In this document: positions 7,510 to 15,390 of the stretch, in pieces
Layout of the letters: every line of letters begins with the position of its first letter
Numbering within the stretch: position 1 is the stretch's first letter
NCBI GenBank assembly: GCA_047611865.1
Contig: JBLFWS010000028.1
Span: forward strand, 1 to 27,502
Reading direction: 5' to 3'
Origin: Chlamydiales bacterium
GTDB lineage: Bacteria; Chlamydiota; Chlamydiia; Chlamydiales; JBDQID01
Length of the DNA stretch: 27,502 bases
Notes under the pieces: model-generated
What the model was told of the DNA's origin: nothing
Seen by the model: the letters and a program-made list of their open reading frames with translations, nothing else
Databases searched by the model: none
Made by a program: the position numbers and the translations under genes

Positions 7510-8562
7510 TTGAGAAAACCAATTTTTATGCTTAAATTCGCTCCTACTTCCTCCCTTAGAAAGGCAGATTTAATTAAGCTATCCAAGCTTATCTCCACTC
7601 TTCTCTTTTTTTTCTTTATTTCCGTTGAACTTGATGCTGGTGAAAAAGAAGAACTAGAAATTCAGTTTTCCCAATTGATTGAGAAGCCCTGTCAGATCAT
7701 TAGACAATTAACAGGTGGTGTAACGAATAAGGCTTACCTCGTTCAAGCTGAGGAAGATAAATTCATGGTAAGGCTTGGTAGGCAGTCTCCAGAAGAATTG
7801 GGTATTGACCGGGAAAGTGAACTCCTTTGCCACAATCTCGCTGCAAAGCATGGCATTGCTCCACAAATTATCTATGCGGACCCAGATTCAGGGACATTGG
7901 TCACAGAGTTCAAAGAAGGAGAAACCCTTACCCTCAAAAAGATGCGTCAGGAGAATGTAAGAAATGAAGTAATCGGACTCCTAAAACGCTGCCATAAGAT
8001 TCCACCAGACCAAGCTCTTCACTTAGTCGGCCCATATGAAAACATTTGTAAGCTTATCACGAGGACTCGTGAGACGGAGCCTTTCCTTTTGTCACCAGAT
8101 GATATGGATAGTATCCTGAAAACAATTGAGGAAATCTCTCTCATTGTTCCCAATAAGGATTATGAAGGTATTTGTCACAATGACTTGAACAACTTAAACT
8201 TCATTGAATCTGATGGCAAAATCTGGATTATTGACTGGGAGTTTGCCGGTTTAGGTAATACGCTCTTCGACCTTGCTGGATATTGCGTTGCTCAAGAACT
8301 TAATCCAGATGAAATAAGAGAAGTCTTACAGCTTTATACAGGCCACAATGACTCAGAACAATTGATCCAGTTACAACTAATGTGCGCAGTTAATGAACTA
8401 TGGAATTCTTTCTACTATTTTCTTCAACACTTGACTCAAAGGGATGACCCATCCCATCTGACTAAAGGCTTTGAGCACTACTTCACCTATTGGAAAAGAA
8501 TCCAGTATATTCAGGAAATCTATTCTACTCCTCTGAAAAATCAGCAGAAAAGAGCTGCATAG
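7510..8562 (+). CDS. Choline/ethanolamine kinase-like (APH superfamily) phosphotransferase with hydrophobic N-terminal segment
   Basis: LTGGVTN, GIDRESE, GIAP, CHNDLNNLNFI (Brenner motif), IIDWEFAG...FDLA. Start uncertain (TTG 7510 or ATG 7528). Confidence 0.85.
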   Translation: MRKPIFMLKFAPTSSLRKADLIKLSKLISTLLFFFFISVELDAGEKEELEIQFSQLIEKPCQIIRQLTGGVTNKAYLVQAEEDKFMVRLGRQSPEELGIDRESELLCHNLAAKHGIAPQIIYADPDSGTLVTEFKEGETLTLKKMRQENVRNEVIGLLKRCHKIPPDQALHLVGPYENICKLITRTRETEPFLLSPDDMDSILKTIEEISLIVPNKDYEGICHNDLNNLNFIESDGKIWIIDWEFAGLGNTLFDLAGYCVAQELNPDEIREVLQLYTGHNDSEQLIQLQLMCAVNELWNSFYYFLQHLTQRDDPSHLTKGFEHYFTYWKRIQYIQEIYSTPLKNQQKRAA

Positions 8563-8567
8563 GGTAT

Positions 8568-8730
8568 TATACCACACTCGGTCACAAACTTGAATTTGGA
8601 CCGCGTCAAAGCCCCGGGATTTAACGATCGCAAACGGGTTCATATTTCTAATATTGACCCGTTTGCGATCGTTGAATTGCGGGAGCTTTCACGCAGGTCT
8701 AAATCCAAGTTTGTGGCCGATTGTGGTATA
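8568..8730. repeat. 163-bp foldback (MITE-like) palindromic element
   Basis: Arms of about 80 bp: left TATACCACACTCGGTCACAAACTTGAATTT...AACGATCGCAAACGGGTTCATATT; rc of right TATACCACAATCGGCCACAAACTTGGATTT...AACGATCGCAAACGGGTCAATATT; loop TCT. Confidence 0.92.
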
Positions 8731-8771
8731 GATGAAATTATAGTGGTCTGAAGACAGCTAGCAGCTTGCAC

Positions 8772-9653
8772 TCAAGAAAAAAACTTCTGAAAGCTTTCGA
8801 AATTCTTCTCGTCGTATCTGTTAAGTGTTAAAACACCAAAGGCTACTTTGGAAAATTGCCCTATAAATTCTTCTTCTTGAAAGATATCATAAAAGAGTTT
8901 TGCCACAATTTCAGGGTCGTTTTCATAGATGCCGCAGCCCATAGCTCCCAGAACGACAGAGTCGTGTTCTTTGAAGGCTGCTGCGCGTAAAATGCTACGG
9001 ATTTTTTTCTGTGTTCCTTCTATATATTCTATTTCCGTTGTGGGGCAATCTCCAACTGGTACGCGCAGGTCATAGGGAGCAGCAGAAATTACACATACGG
9101 TGTAGGGAGTAATAAATGAATAGCCATGGGCTTCGCTATCTCGAAGGACCTGAACGGAAGGGGTGTAGATAACGCCATGTTCGGGGATGCGATAGGACCT
9201 TTTTAGCTGTTTCATTAAGGAGGGGTTCATCTGCTTGTAAAGGGCTAGGTGTAAATTGGAGCGTCGGAATAGGGACTCCTCTTGAGCTGCAGCACCAATT
9301 TCAACACCTCCACCCGGGTGATAGCCGTTGGCCATATTCAAAGCAGCAGGAAATAAGCCTTCATCAATAAGTTGTTTAGTCAGGTCGAAAGTGTCTATTT
9401 TCAGGACTTCAAAAATAGTTTCCGAGTATGCGGAGGAGCGGAGGGGGCGAGATAATTTTAGATATGGAAGTATTTCCGTTCCTTCTTGCATCTTCTTAAG
9501 AAGGAGAGCGTCAAGCTCCTGATGTTCTCCGTCAACTAACCACTCGTGTTGGCACGCTTGCAAGGTGTTTTGGAAAACCTGTATCCGGAGATCCCTTTGT
9601 TCTTTTGCTGAACCGAGAGTAAATGTTTTTATCCATGAGGCGTTATCTGACAT
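8772..9653 (-). CDS. Bacterial-type poly(ADP-ribose) glycohydrolase-like macrodomain protein (TIGR02452/DUF2263)
   Basis: ALNMANGYHPGGGVEIGAAAQEESLFRRSNL (GGG-x6-QEE signature), IYTPSV, ISAAP, VVLGAMGCGIYENDP. Confidence 0.88.
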   Translation of the reverse strand: MSDNASWIKTFTLGSAKEQRDLRIQVFQNTLQACQHEWLVDGEHQELDALLLKKMQEGTEILPYLKLSRPLRSSAYSETIFEVLKIDTFDLTKQLIDEGLFPAALNMANGYHPGGGVEIGAAAQEESLFRRSNLHLALYKQMNPSLMKQLKRSYRIPEHGVIYTPSVQVLRDSEAHGYSFITPYTVCVISAAPYDLRVPVGDCPTTEIEYIEGTQKKIRSILRAAAFKEHDSVVLGAMGCGIYENDPEIVAKLFYDIFQEEEFIGQFSKVAFGVLTLNRYDEKNFESFQKFFS

Positions 9654-9695
9654 GATGTGTATCTGCTTTTTATAGGGTCGAATGATTTGTGTGGC

Positions 9696-9731
9696 TATAC
9701 CGAAATCAATTCTTGAACTTGTTCCGTTATA
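9696..9731. repeat. 36-bp imperfect palindromic repeat, copy 2
   Basis: TATACCGAAATCAATTC-TT-GAACTTGTTCCGTTATA; TATA at both ends. Confidence 0.78.
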
Positions 9732-9740
9732 ACAAAAACC

Positions 9741-9768
9741 TAAGGAATAGCTCCTTTTATGCCGATAT
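9741..9768 (+). promoter_or_regulatory. Candidate sigma28 (FliA-type) promoter
   Basis: TAAGGAAT-12 nt-GCCGATAT, ending 46 bp upstream of the ATG at 9815. Confidence 0.5.
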
Positions 9769-9814
9769 TGTAATTTGACGATATGGGTTTTTATATTTTG
9801 AAGGAAGCCAATAA

Positions 9815-10276
9815 ATGGATAGGGGTAAGAGTCAGCTAGGAATTGTTACTATTCATGTTTTCCTGCCCTTTTTACTGGGTTTTGGGATCTACGTTTTATG
9901 GAGACCTACCAATCTTTTGTTTTTCCATTGGGCCAATGAGATGGGATATTTTCCCATAGTATCCTATTATCGAGGCTTGGTTTCTTTTGCAGTCCCTTTT
10001 CTTCCTAATTGCTTTTTAGATAGCTTTCCTGCGGCACTATTCCTGTATGCTTTAACCTCTTGGTTTCAGATAGTTTGGGCGGGTTGTTATGGCAAGGAAT
10101 GGATTGTATGGGCTGCAATTGCTCTTTTTGTTGGGGTAGCATCGGAGGTTGGTCAGTATTTTCAGTTATTATCTGGGAAATATGATCATGTTGATGTTCT
10201 TTTTTATTTAGCAGCATGGATATTAGCTTTGTATATCCCAAAGGGAAGGAAAGAAGATGTTTGTGAGACACCTTAA
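9815..10276 (+). CDS. Multi-pass membrane protein with a C-terminal GxxDxxD motif
   Basis: About four hydrophobic segments; FLDSFPAALF and SEVGQYFQLLSGKYDHVDVLFY motifs. Confidence 0.8.
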   Translation: MDRGKSQLGIVTIHVFLPFLLGFGIYVLWRPTNLLFFHWANEMGYFPIVSYYRGLVSFAVPFLPNCFLDSFPAALFLYALTSWFQIVWAGCYGKEWIVWAAIALFVGVASEVGQYFQLLSGKYDHVDVLFYLAAWILALYIPKGRKEDVCETP

Positions 10277-10421
10277 AAGTTTTGTCGGTCTGTCGATAGC
10301 GCTTATCTGTTCCCTCGGAACTCTTGAAACGGAAAAACCTGTAGAAGAAGCTCCCCCTCCAAAGGTAGAGCTGTCAATTTCAGAATCTCCGACGACTCCC
10401 TTCATAGACTACAGATTTTGA
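10257..10421 (+). CDS. Unannotated 54-aa protein with signal/anchor-like N-terminus
   Basis: Manual translation: MFVRHLKSFVGLSIALICSLGTLETEKPVEEAPPPKVELSISESPTTPFIDYRF*; GGAAGGA purine-rich SD; overlaps the last 20 bp of the upstream gene. Confidence 0.6.
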   Translation: MFVRHLKSFVGLSIALICSLGTLETEKPVEEAPPPKVELSISESPTTPFIDYRF

Positions 10422-10626
10422 TTTCTGACTTGATCCTTCTCGATTTCCATTCTTCTTATTTTTCCTTACGGATCTTATGGCGTAGCATTTTAGTCTGAAC
10501 TTCTTATAGTGAAGAATTTTCTTAGCAATAAAAGGGAACTTTATGAGAGGTTCTTCTTCATTTTTTATGAAAATATTTCTAGGATCATTGCTAACATTTC
10601 CGGTCTTGGTAAAAGGAGCACAACCA

Positions 10627-11793
10627 ATGGAATTTGCAACGAAAGCTATACACGTAGGCCAGAGGCCCGATCCCACAACTGGAGCTGTCATTCCTCCTGT
10701 GTATCTAACTTCTACTTATGTTCAAGAAGAGCCAGGAAAAACTTTAGGCTATGATTACACTCGTGCAGGTAACCCCAACTTTAGCAATCTTGAGGAAATG
10801 CTCGCATCCCTGGAAGGTGGAAAGTATGCTACTGTCTTTTCTTCAGGTCTTGGAGCTATTACCTCTCTTTTGTCTACCATGAGTCAAGGGGATCATGTTT
10901 TAGCGTTAAATGGACTGTACGGCGGAACGTATCGCTTATTTTCCAAGGTATTTGAACCCTTTGGAATAAAGCATGTTCTCGTTTCTAATAACGATTGGCG
11001 CGCTTTAGAAGAGGCTATGGCGCAGAAGCCCAAGATGATTATATTCGAAACTCCTACGAACCCTCTCCTGGATATAGTGGATATTCAGCGGGTGGGCCAG
11101 CTGGCTAAGAAATATGATGTTTTAACTGTAGTGGATAATACTTTCGCAACACCGTACTTTCAAAGTCCTTTAGAATTAGGGGCTGATGTAGTGGTTCACA
11201 GTACGACAAAATATATCGGGGGGCACTCTGATGTTATTGGGGGAGTCGTCATTAGCAACAGTGAAGAAATCAAGAAAAAGATGGATTTCCAACGTATGGC
11301 AATGGGCTTAAATCCCAGCCCTTTTGATACCTGGTTGACAGCTCGGGGAGTAAAAACTTTGGCTGTGCGAATGGAGAGGCATGAAAAAAATGCACGTGAG
11401 CTCGCAATTTTTTTTACAGAGCATCCTATGGTAAAAAAGGTGTATTTTCCAGGCTTGGAATCAAATCCAGATTATGCGCTTGTCAAGAGGCAGATGCACG
11501 GCTTTGGAGGGATCGTTTCAGTAGAATTTGAACTCTCTCTAGATGAAACCAAACGTCTGATTTCTTCTTTCAATCTTTTTGCTCTGGCTGAAAGTTTAGG
11601 CGGGGTGGAGTCCTTGGTAGATCACCCTGCAAGTATGACCCATGCTTCCATACCTAAAGAGGAAAGAGAGAAATCAGGACTGTTGGATGGCTTAGTGCGC
11701 TTCTCTGTTGGCATCGAAGATATTTCGGATCTTATCCAAGATGTAGAGCAAGGAATGGCAAACGTCTTAACTTCAAAAGCAGAGACTTCCTAA
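10627..11793 (+). CDS. Cystathionine gamma-synthase/gamma-lyase family PLP enzyme
   Basis: FATKAIH...TGAVIPPVYLTSTY, YTRAGNP, YGGT, FETPTNP, VDNTFATP, HSTTKYIGGHSD (PLP lysine), AESLGGVESL, RFSVGIED. AAGGAG SD before ATG 10627. Confidence 0.95.
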   Translation: MEFATKAIHVGQRPDPTTGAVIPPVYLTSTYVQEEPGKTLGYDYTRAGNPNFSNLEEMLASLEGGKYATVFSSGLGAITSLLSTMSQGDHVLALNGLYGGTYRLFSKVFEPFGIKHVLVSNNDWRALEEAMAQKPKMIIFETPTNPLLDIVDIQRVGQLAKKYDVLTVVDNTFATPYFQSPLELGADVVVHSTTKYIGGHSDVIGGVVISNSEEIKKKMDFQRMAMGLNPSPFDTWLTARGVKTLAVRMERHEKNARELAIFFTEHPMVKKVYFPGLESNPDYALVKRQMHGFGGIVSVEFELSLDETKRLISSFNLFALAESLGGVESLVDHPASMTHASIPKEEREKSGLLDGLVRFSVGIEDISDLIQDVEQGMANVLTSKAETS

Positions 11794-11802
11794 AAAAAAC
11801 AC

Positions 11803-11830
11803 TAAAGTTTTCTACTCCGCTTGCCGAAAC
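11803..11830 (+). promoter_or_regulatory. Candidate sigma28 (FliA-type) promoter
   Basis: TAAAGTTT-12 nt-GCCGAAAC upstream of the ORF at 11953. Confidence 0.62.
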
Positions 11831-11860
11831 AGAAAGTGGGGATAGTACTACAGTCAGATC

Positions 11861-11890
11861 ATGGGGCCAGTTTAGGGTAACTGGCCCCGT
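11861..11890. other. GC-rich hairpin in the intergenic/leader region
   Basis: GGGGCCAGTT-TAGGGT-AACTGGCCCC, a perfect 10-bp stem with no clear U-tract. Confidence 0.6.
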
Positions 11891-11952
11891 AAGCGAAAAT
11901 TCGTTTAAGAATTATCCCGAATACACGATGTGCAACAAAATTTGAGGTACAC

Positions 11953-12660
11953 ATGAGTATTCGATTTTTTATCACTTCATTAATTGGAGTACTGCTTCTT
12001 CAGGCAAGCTTATCTTATGCGGAGGAAGGGAAGAAGGAAAAGGTACAGGTAAAAGCTGCTATGTCTTCTCGAGACGGGGTAATGGAGATCCGAGAGAAGT
12101 CTCTACTTTGGTATTTGGATCAGGCCCTCAAAGAAAAAGAAAGAGCAGAAGAAGCTAGAAAGGGCCCCCCAAAGAAGTCTCTCTTCAAAAAAATCCGCAA
12201 GCAATACGACGAGAAAACTAAGAAGTACGAAGGCTATTCTAGGCGACTAGAAGCCCGGGCGAGAAAGCTTGAAGCGGAAGCTGTTAAAGTTGAAAATGCT
12301 GCAGCAAGAGCAAGAGAGAGAGCTAAAGAAAGGCTTATAGGAGTAGAAAAAGTTACAAAAGAGGCAGAGGCCGCGGCTGAATTAATAGTAATTCGTGCAC
12401 AAGAAGCTTTTGAAAAAAGAAAGCGAGAAGTTGAAAGGTGGACAATACTTATTGGAAGAGCTTTAGAAAAAGACAAGGTGCATGCGAAACAGGAAGCTAT
12501 GAAGCTGATTAATACAGCTCAAAAGCTTGCAAGGATTACAGAAGAAGAGGCTATGTTTTCTGAGAGGCAAGCCGAAGTGATAAGGGCCAAAGCGGACTTA
12601 GTCCAAGCCAAAGCTGAGCAAGTTCGTGAGAAGACCGAATTTATGAAGCGAAAGGACTAA
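11953..12660 (+). CDS. Exported coiled-coil protein (Ala/Glu/Lys/Arg-rich)
   Basis: Sec-type signal peptide MSIRFFITSLIGVLLLQASLSYA followed by a charged helical body; GAGGT SD. Confidence 0.85.
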   Translation: MSIRFFITSLIGVLLLQASLSYAEEGKKEKVQVKAAMSSRDGVMEIREKSLLWYLDQALKEKERAEEARKGPPKKSLFKKIRKQYDEKTKKYEGYSRRLEARARKLEAEAVKVENAAARARERAKERLIGVEKVTKEAEAAAELIVIRAQEAFEKRKREVERWTILIGRALEKDKVHAKQEAMKLINTAQKLARITEEEAMFSERQAEVIRAKADLVQAKAEQVREKTEFMKRKD

Positions 12661-12668
12661 TCTTTAGC

Positions 12669-13553
12669 CTAACACTCATCAGAAAGTAAAGGGTTTAAAC
12701 GAGCATTGGCATCAGAAGGAGCGCGGGGGTAAATACCTGACTCCAAATCAATTTCGTCTAGTTCTTCGTGCGCAGAGGCATTACGAAATGACGGAAGGTG
12801 TTGCCAGGTTCTTCTTCCTAGATCCGCCGTAGTCTCAACAGTGGCTCTTCCAATTTGATATACTGCGTTGCCAGAAACTGCCGCTCCTTTCCATACACAG
12901 CCAAGTATTGGGGGGAGGTATGCCGATACTCCTGTGGGAGGATTCTCTCTCCTTCTTCTGCTGCAGCCTCTCCATACGAGAGCTACAATGTAAGCGGGTT
13001 GGATAAAATTGGCGGTTGTCATTTCAAATTTGGCTGTGGGGTCCGAAGAGTGCAGACAAGCTTGTCTTTGATGTTCATCCTGGATTTCTTTGCAGGCTTC
13101 TAGATAAGTGTGTTGTCTATTGAGGGCATCGTGGCCTAAGGCATTAGCACCGGCCATCATTCCGAAGTATTCACCAATAGCGAGTCCGCCAATGACAACA
13201 ACCAGGCTACAATAGGCAGCACATTTGATTCTGTTGTGGTTGTCTCTGACAAACCTTTCGATAATCGTGGACATTCTGCCGATAAGCTCCTCGTCTATTT
13301 CATGTCTGCAACAAGGGCAGAGCTTGCTTGCGGGTGTTGGGGTTCGAATCCATTTTTTAAGGCAGGGGAAATGAAAAAAATGATCACAGGCAAGCTTTGC
13401 TATTTTTTGATCGACGACTTTTAGGGAGTCGAGACATATACTGCATTCACTACTTGGTACGAGTAGATTTGTGCCGTTGCCATAAATAGCAAATTGGCTA
13501 ATTTGATCATTTTGTAGGGAAGCGGGGGGCTCTGGATGTGATTCTGCAAGCAT
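12669..13553 (-). CDS. RING-H2 zinc-finger protein with two hydrophobic segments (putative E3 ubiquitin ligase effector)
   Basis: CSIC-x15-CDHFFHFPC-x14-CPCC gives the C3H2C3 pattern with W after the sixth ligand; hydrophobic stretches CAAYCSLVVVIGGLAIG and FIQPAYIVALVW. Confidence 0.9.
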   Translation of the reverse strand: MLAESHPEPPASLQNDQISQFAIYGNGTNLLVPSSECSICLDSLKVVDQKIAKLACDHFFHFPCLKKWIRTPTPASKLCPCCRHEIDEELIGRMSTIIERFVRDNHNRIKCAAYCSLVVVIGGLAIGEYFGMMAGANALGHDALNRQHTYLEACKEIQDEHQRQACLHSSDPTAKFEMTTANFIQPAYIVALVWRGCSRRRRENPPTGVSAYLPPILGCVWKGAAVSGNAVYQIGRATVETTADLGRRTWQHLPSFRNASAHEELDEIDLESGIYPRAPSDANARLNPLLSDEC

Positions 13554-13629
13554 AAGAGACTCTCAATTATCTGGGTAAATGTTAGGCAGGTGGGTAAAAA
13601 AGTTTTTATCTCCACATTCCGATATAGTA

Positions 13630-13947
13630 TTATAGGCTTGGATCATAACCGTTTAAGAATACAGAACGATTTTCTACAAAAATAACTTTTTGAGGCATGT
13701 TTCTCCTCCGTATATCTTTGACAAGGTGACCTAAATGAAGAGTTGCTAAAAATATCAACGACACCTGTCCAGCCATCATCAAATAATCATTGTTTCGATT
13801 TGAGGCTTCCTCACAATAGCATTCAGCAGAAACAGGGGTGATAGAGGAGGCTATTGTGTAAAGGGCTGCTGCCTTTCCTAAAGAGGTCAGGGATTGACCA
13901 AAATTATTTATAGAAGAAGAGGGGCTTATTGGCATGCTGTTTTTCAT
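13630..13947 (-). CDS. Small membrane-associated hypothetical protein
   Basis: Ser/Pro-rich N-terminus and two hydrophobic stretches; co-oriented just upstream of the RING gene. Confidence 0.6.
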   Translation of the reverse strand: MKNSMPISPSSSINNFGQSLTSLGKAAALYTIASSITPVSAECYCEEASNRNNDYLMMAGQVSLIFLATLHLGHLVKDIRRRNMPQKVIFVENRSVFLNGYDPSL

Positions 13948-14094
13948 AAATTGGGTGACAGAGTTATCAGAGGCTTAGTTAGAAAGCAATAGGTAAAATA
14001 GAAAGTCGTTTATTGGGGCGAGTTTGTGTATGCATATAAAATATTATTTTTCGAAAGCAATAAGCTTATAATCAATGAGTAGTAGCCGCTCTCC

Positions 14095-14123
14095 TTGACG
14101 AGATAAAAGAACTAATGCATAAT
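14095..14123 (+). promoter_or_regulatory. sigma70-type promoter of rlmN
   Basis: TTGACG-17 nt-CATAAT, 30 bp upstream of the ATG. Confidence 0.6.
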
Positions 14124-14153
14124 TTTTCCTGATACTACGATAGGGAATAAGAA

Positions 14154-15260
14154 ATGGATAAAATAAGCGCAATAAACTTCTCTGAAGAGGAGTGGCAGGA
14201 GTGGCTGATAGAAAAAGGGGAAAAGCCTTTTTTTGCCCGGGAAATAATGCGCTGGATCTTCTCTAAAAATATTTTTGATCCTGAAAAGTTTCCAAATATT
14301 TCTCGTAATTTACTCGAATGCTTACGGAATGACTTTAGCTGGTCTCTTTTGGATACAGATTCTGTAATTTCATCCATTGACGGTAGCGAGAAGATGCTGC
14401 TCCTTACACACGATGGTCTTTTCGTAGAATCTGTATTAATGCCATTCGAAAATCGAGTAACCCTATGCGTGAGTAGTCAGGTAGGGTGTAGGCAAGGTTG
14501 TAGCTTTTGTCAGACGGGTAAGTTGGGCCTTACGAGAAATCTGACTTCTGGGGAGATTCTCTCTCAATTGCTTTTGGCAAATAAAAGGCTAGAGGTGAAG
14601 GGTTCTACTTGTAAGGTCACGAATGTGGTCTTCATGGGAATGGGGGAGCCTCTCGATAATTATGATGAGGTGGTAAGGGCCTGTAGAATCATGATAGATC
14701 CCGCATTTTTCTGCTTGGCCAGAAGACGAGTGACGGTTTCTACAGCGGGTATAGTTCCGAAAATTCGCGAGCTAGGCAAAGATCTTCCGGTTAATCTGGC
14801 AATCTCCCTTCATTCAGCTGATGATGAGCAGAGGAGTCGTATGATGCCCTTGAACAAGAGCTTTCCTTTGATTGAATTGAAGGAGGCTTTAATGGAGTAT
14901 CCAATCCCTTCACGTCAGTACATTAATATAGAGTACGTGATGATTAGAGGGGTTAACGACAGTAAAGAGCATGCAACGAAGCTGGTTAATTTTCTTGAAG
15001 GTATAAAAAGTGCTGTGAATTTGATACCTCTGAATAAGCATCCGGGAAGTCTAATGGAGGCATCGGAAGAGGAGTCTCTTAAAGGATTTAAGCAGGTTTT
15101 ACAAGACAGTGGTATTCATGCTTTGGTTCGTTACAGTAGGGGTCAAGATATCAGTGGAGCCTGTGGTCAACTGGCAGCCAAGAGGAAGCATGAAATTGAC
15201 ATGAAGCCCAGGCTTGTAAAGAAGTCTCGTAGGCTAGAGGAAAAGTCTCTAATTCATTAA
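14154..15260 (+). CDS. rlmN: Dual-specificity 23S rRNA/tRNA C2-methyltransferase (radical SAM)
   Basis: TLCVSSQVGCRQGCSFCQTG (CxxxCxxC), NVVFMGMGEPLDN, LAISLHS, EYVMI, NLIPLN, RGQDISGACGQL. Confidence 0.96.
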   Translation: MDKISAINFSEEEWQEWLIEKGEKPFFAREIMRWIFSKNIFDPEKFPNISRNLLECLRNDFSWSLLDTDSVISSIDGSEKMLLLTHDGLFVESVLMPFENRVTLCVSSQVGCRQGCSFCQTGKLGLTRNLTSGEILSQLLLANKRLEVKGSTCKVTNVVFMGMGEPLDNYDEVVRACRIMIDPAFFCLARRRVTVSTAGIVPKIRELGKDLPVNLAISLHSADDEQRSRMMPLNKSFPLIELKEALMEYPIPSRQYINIEYVMIRGVNDSKEHATKLVNFLEGIKSAVNLIPLNKHPGSLMEASEEESLKGFKQVLQDSGIHALVRYSRGQDISGACGQLAAKRKHEIDMKPRLVKKSRRLEEKSLIH

Positions 15261-15390
15261 AATGGCATATAAATTGTTTATCACAAGCTGGATGCGTACT
15301 TGATTAAATTAACATGTGAAATATTTCTTGAATAGATTTGCCGTCAGATAGTCTAATAGTTAATGAGGAAACTCTAGATGTAGGTGGTCT

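Noticed and set aside
8398..8643. 81-aa minus-strand ORF
   Set aside because: Starts within the foldback element and runs antisense to the kinase gene; no motif.
4651..9731. 36-bp palindromic repeats as CRISPR repeats
   Set aside because: Only two diverged copies 5 kb apart, no regular spacers and no cas genes.
10380..10754. ORFs 10380-10691 (-) and 10509-10754 (+)
   Set aside because: They overlap the start of the PLP enzyme gene and have no motifs or convincing RBS.
15263..15278. sigma54-like TGGCAT-N5-TTGT
   Set aside because: The conserved -12 GC dinucleotide is missing.
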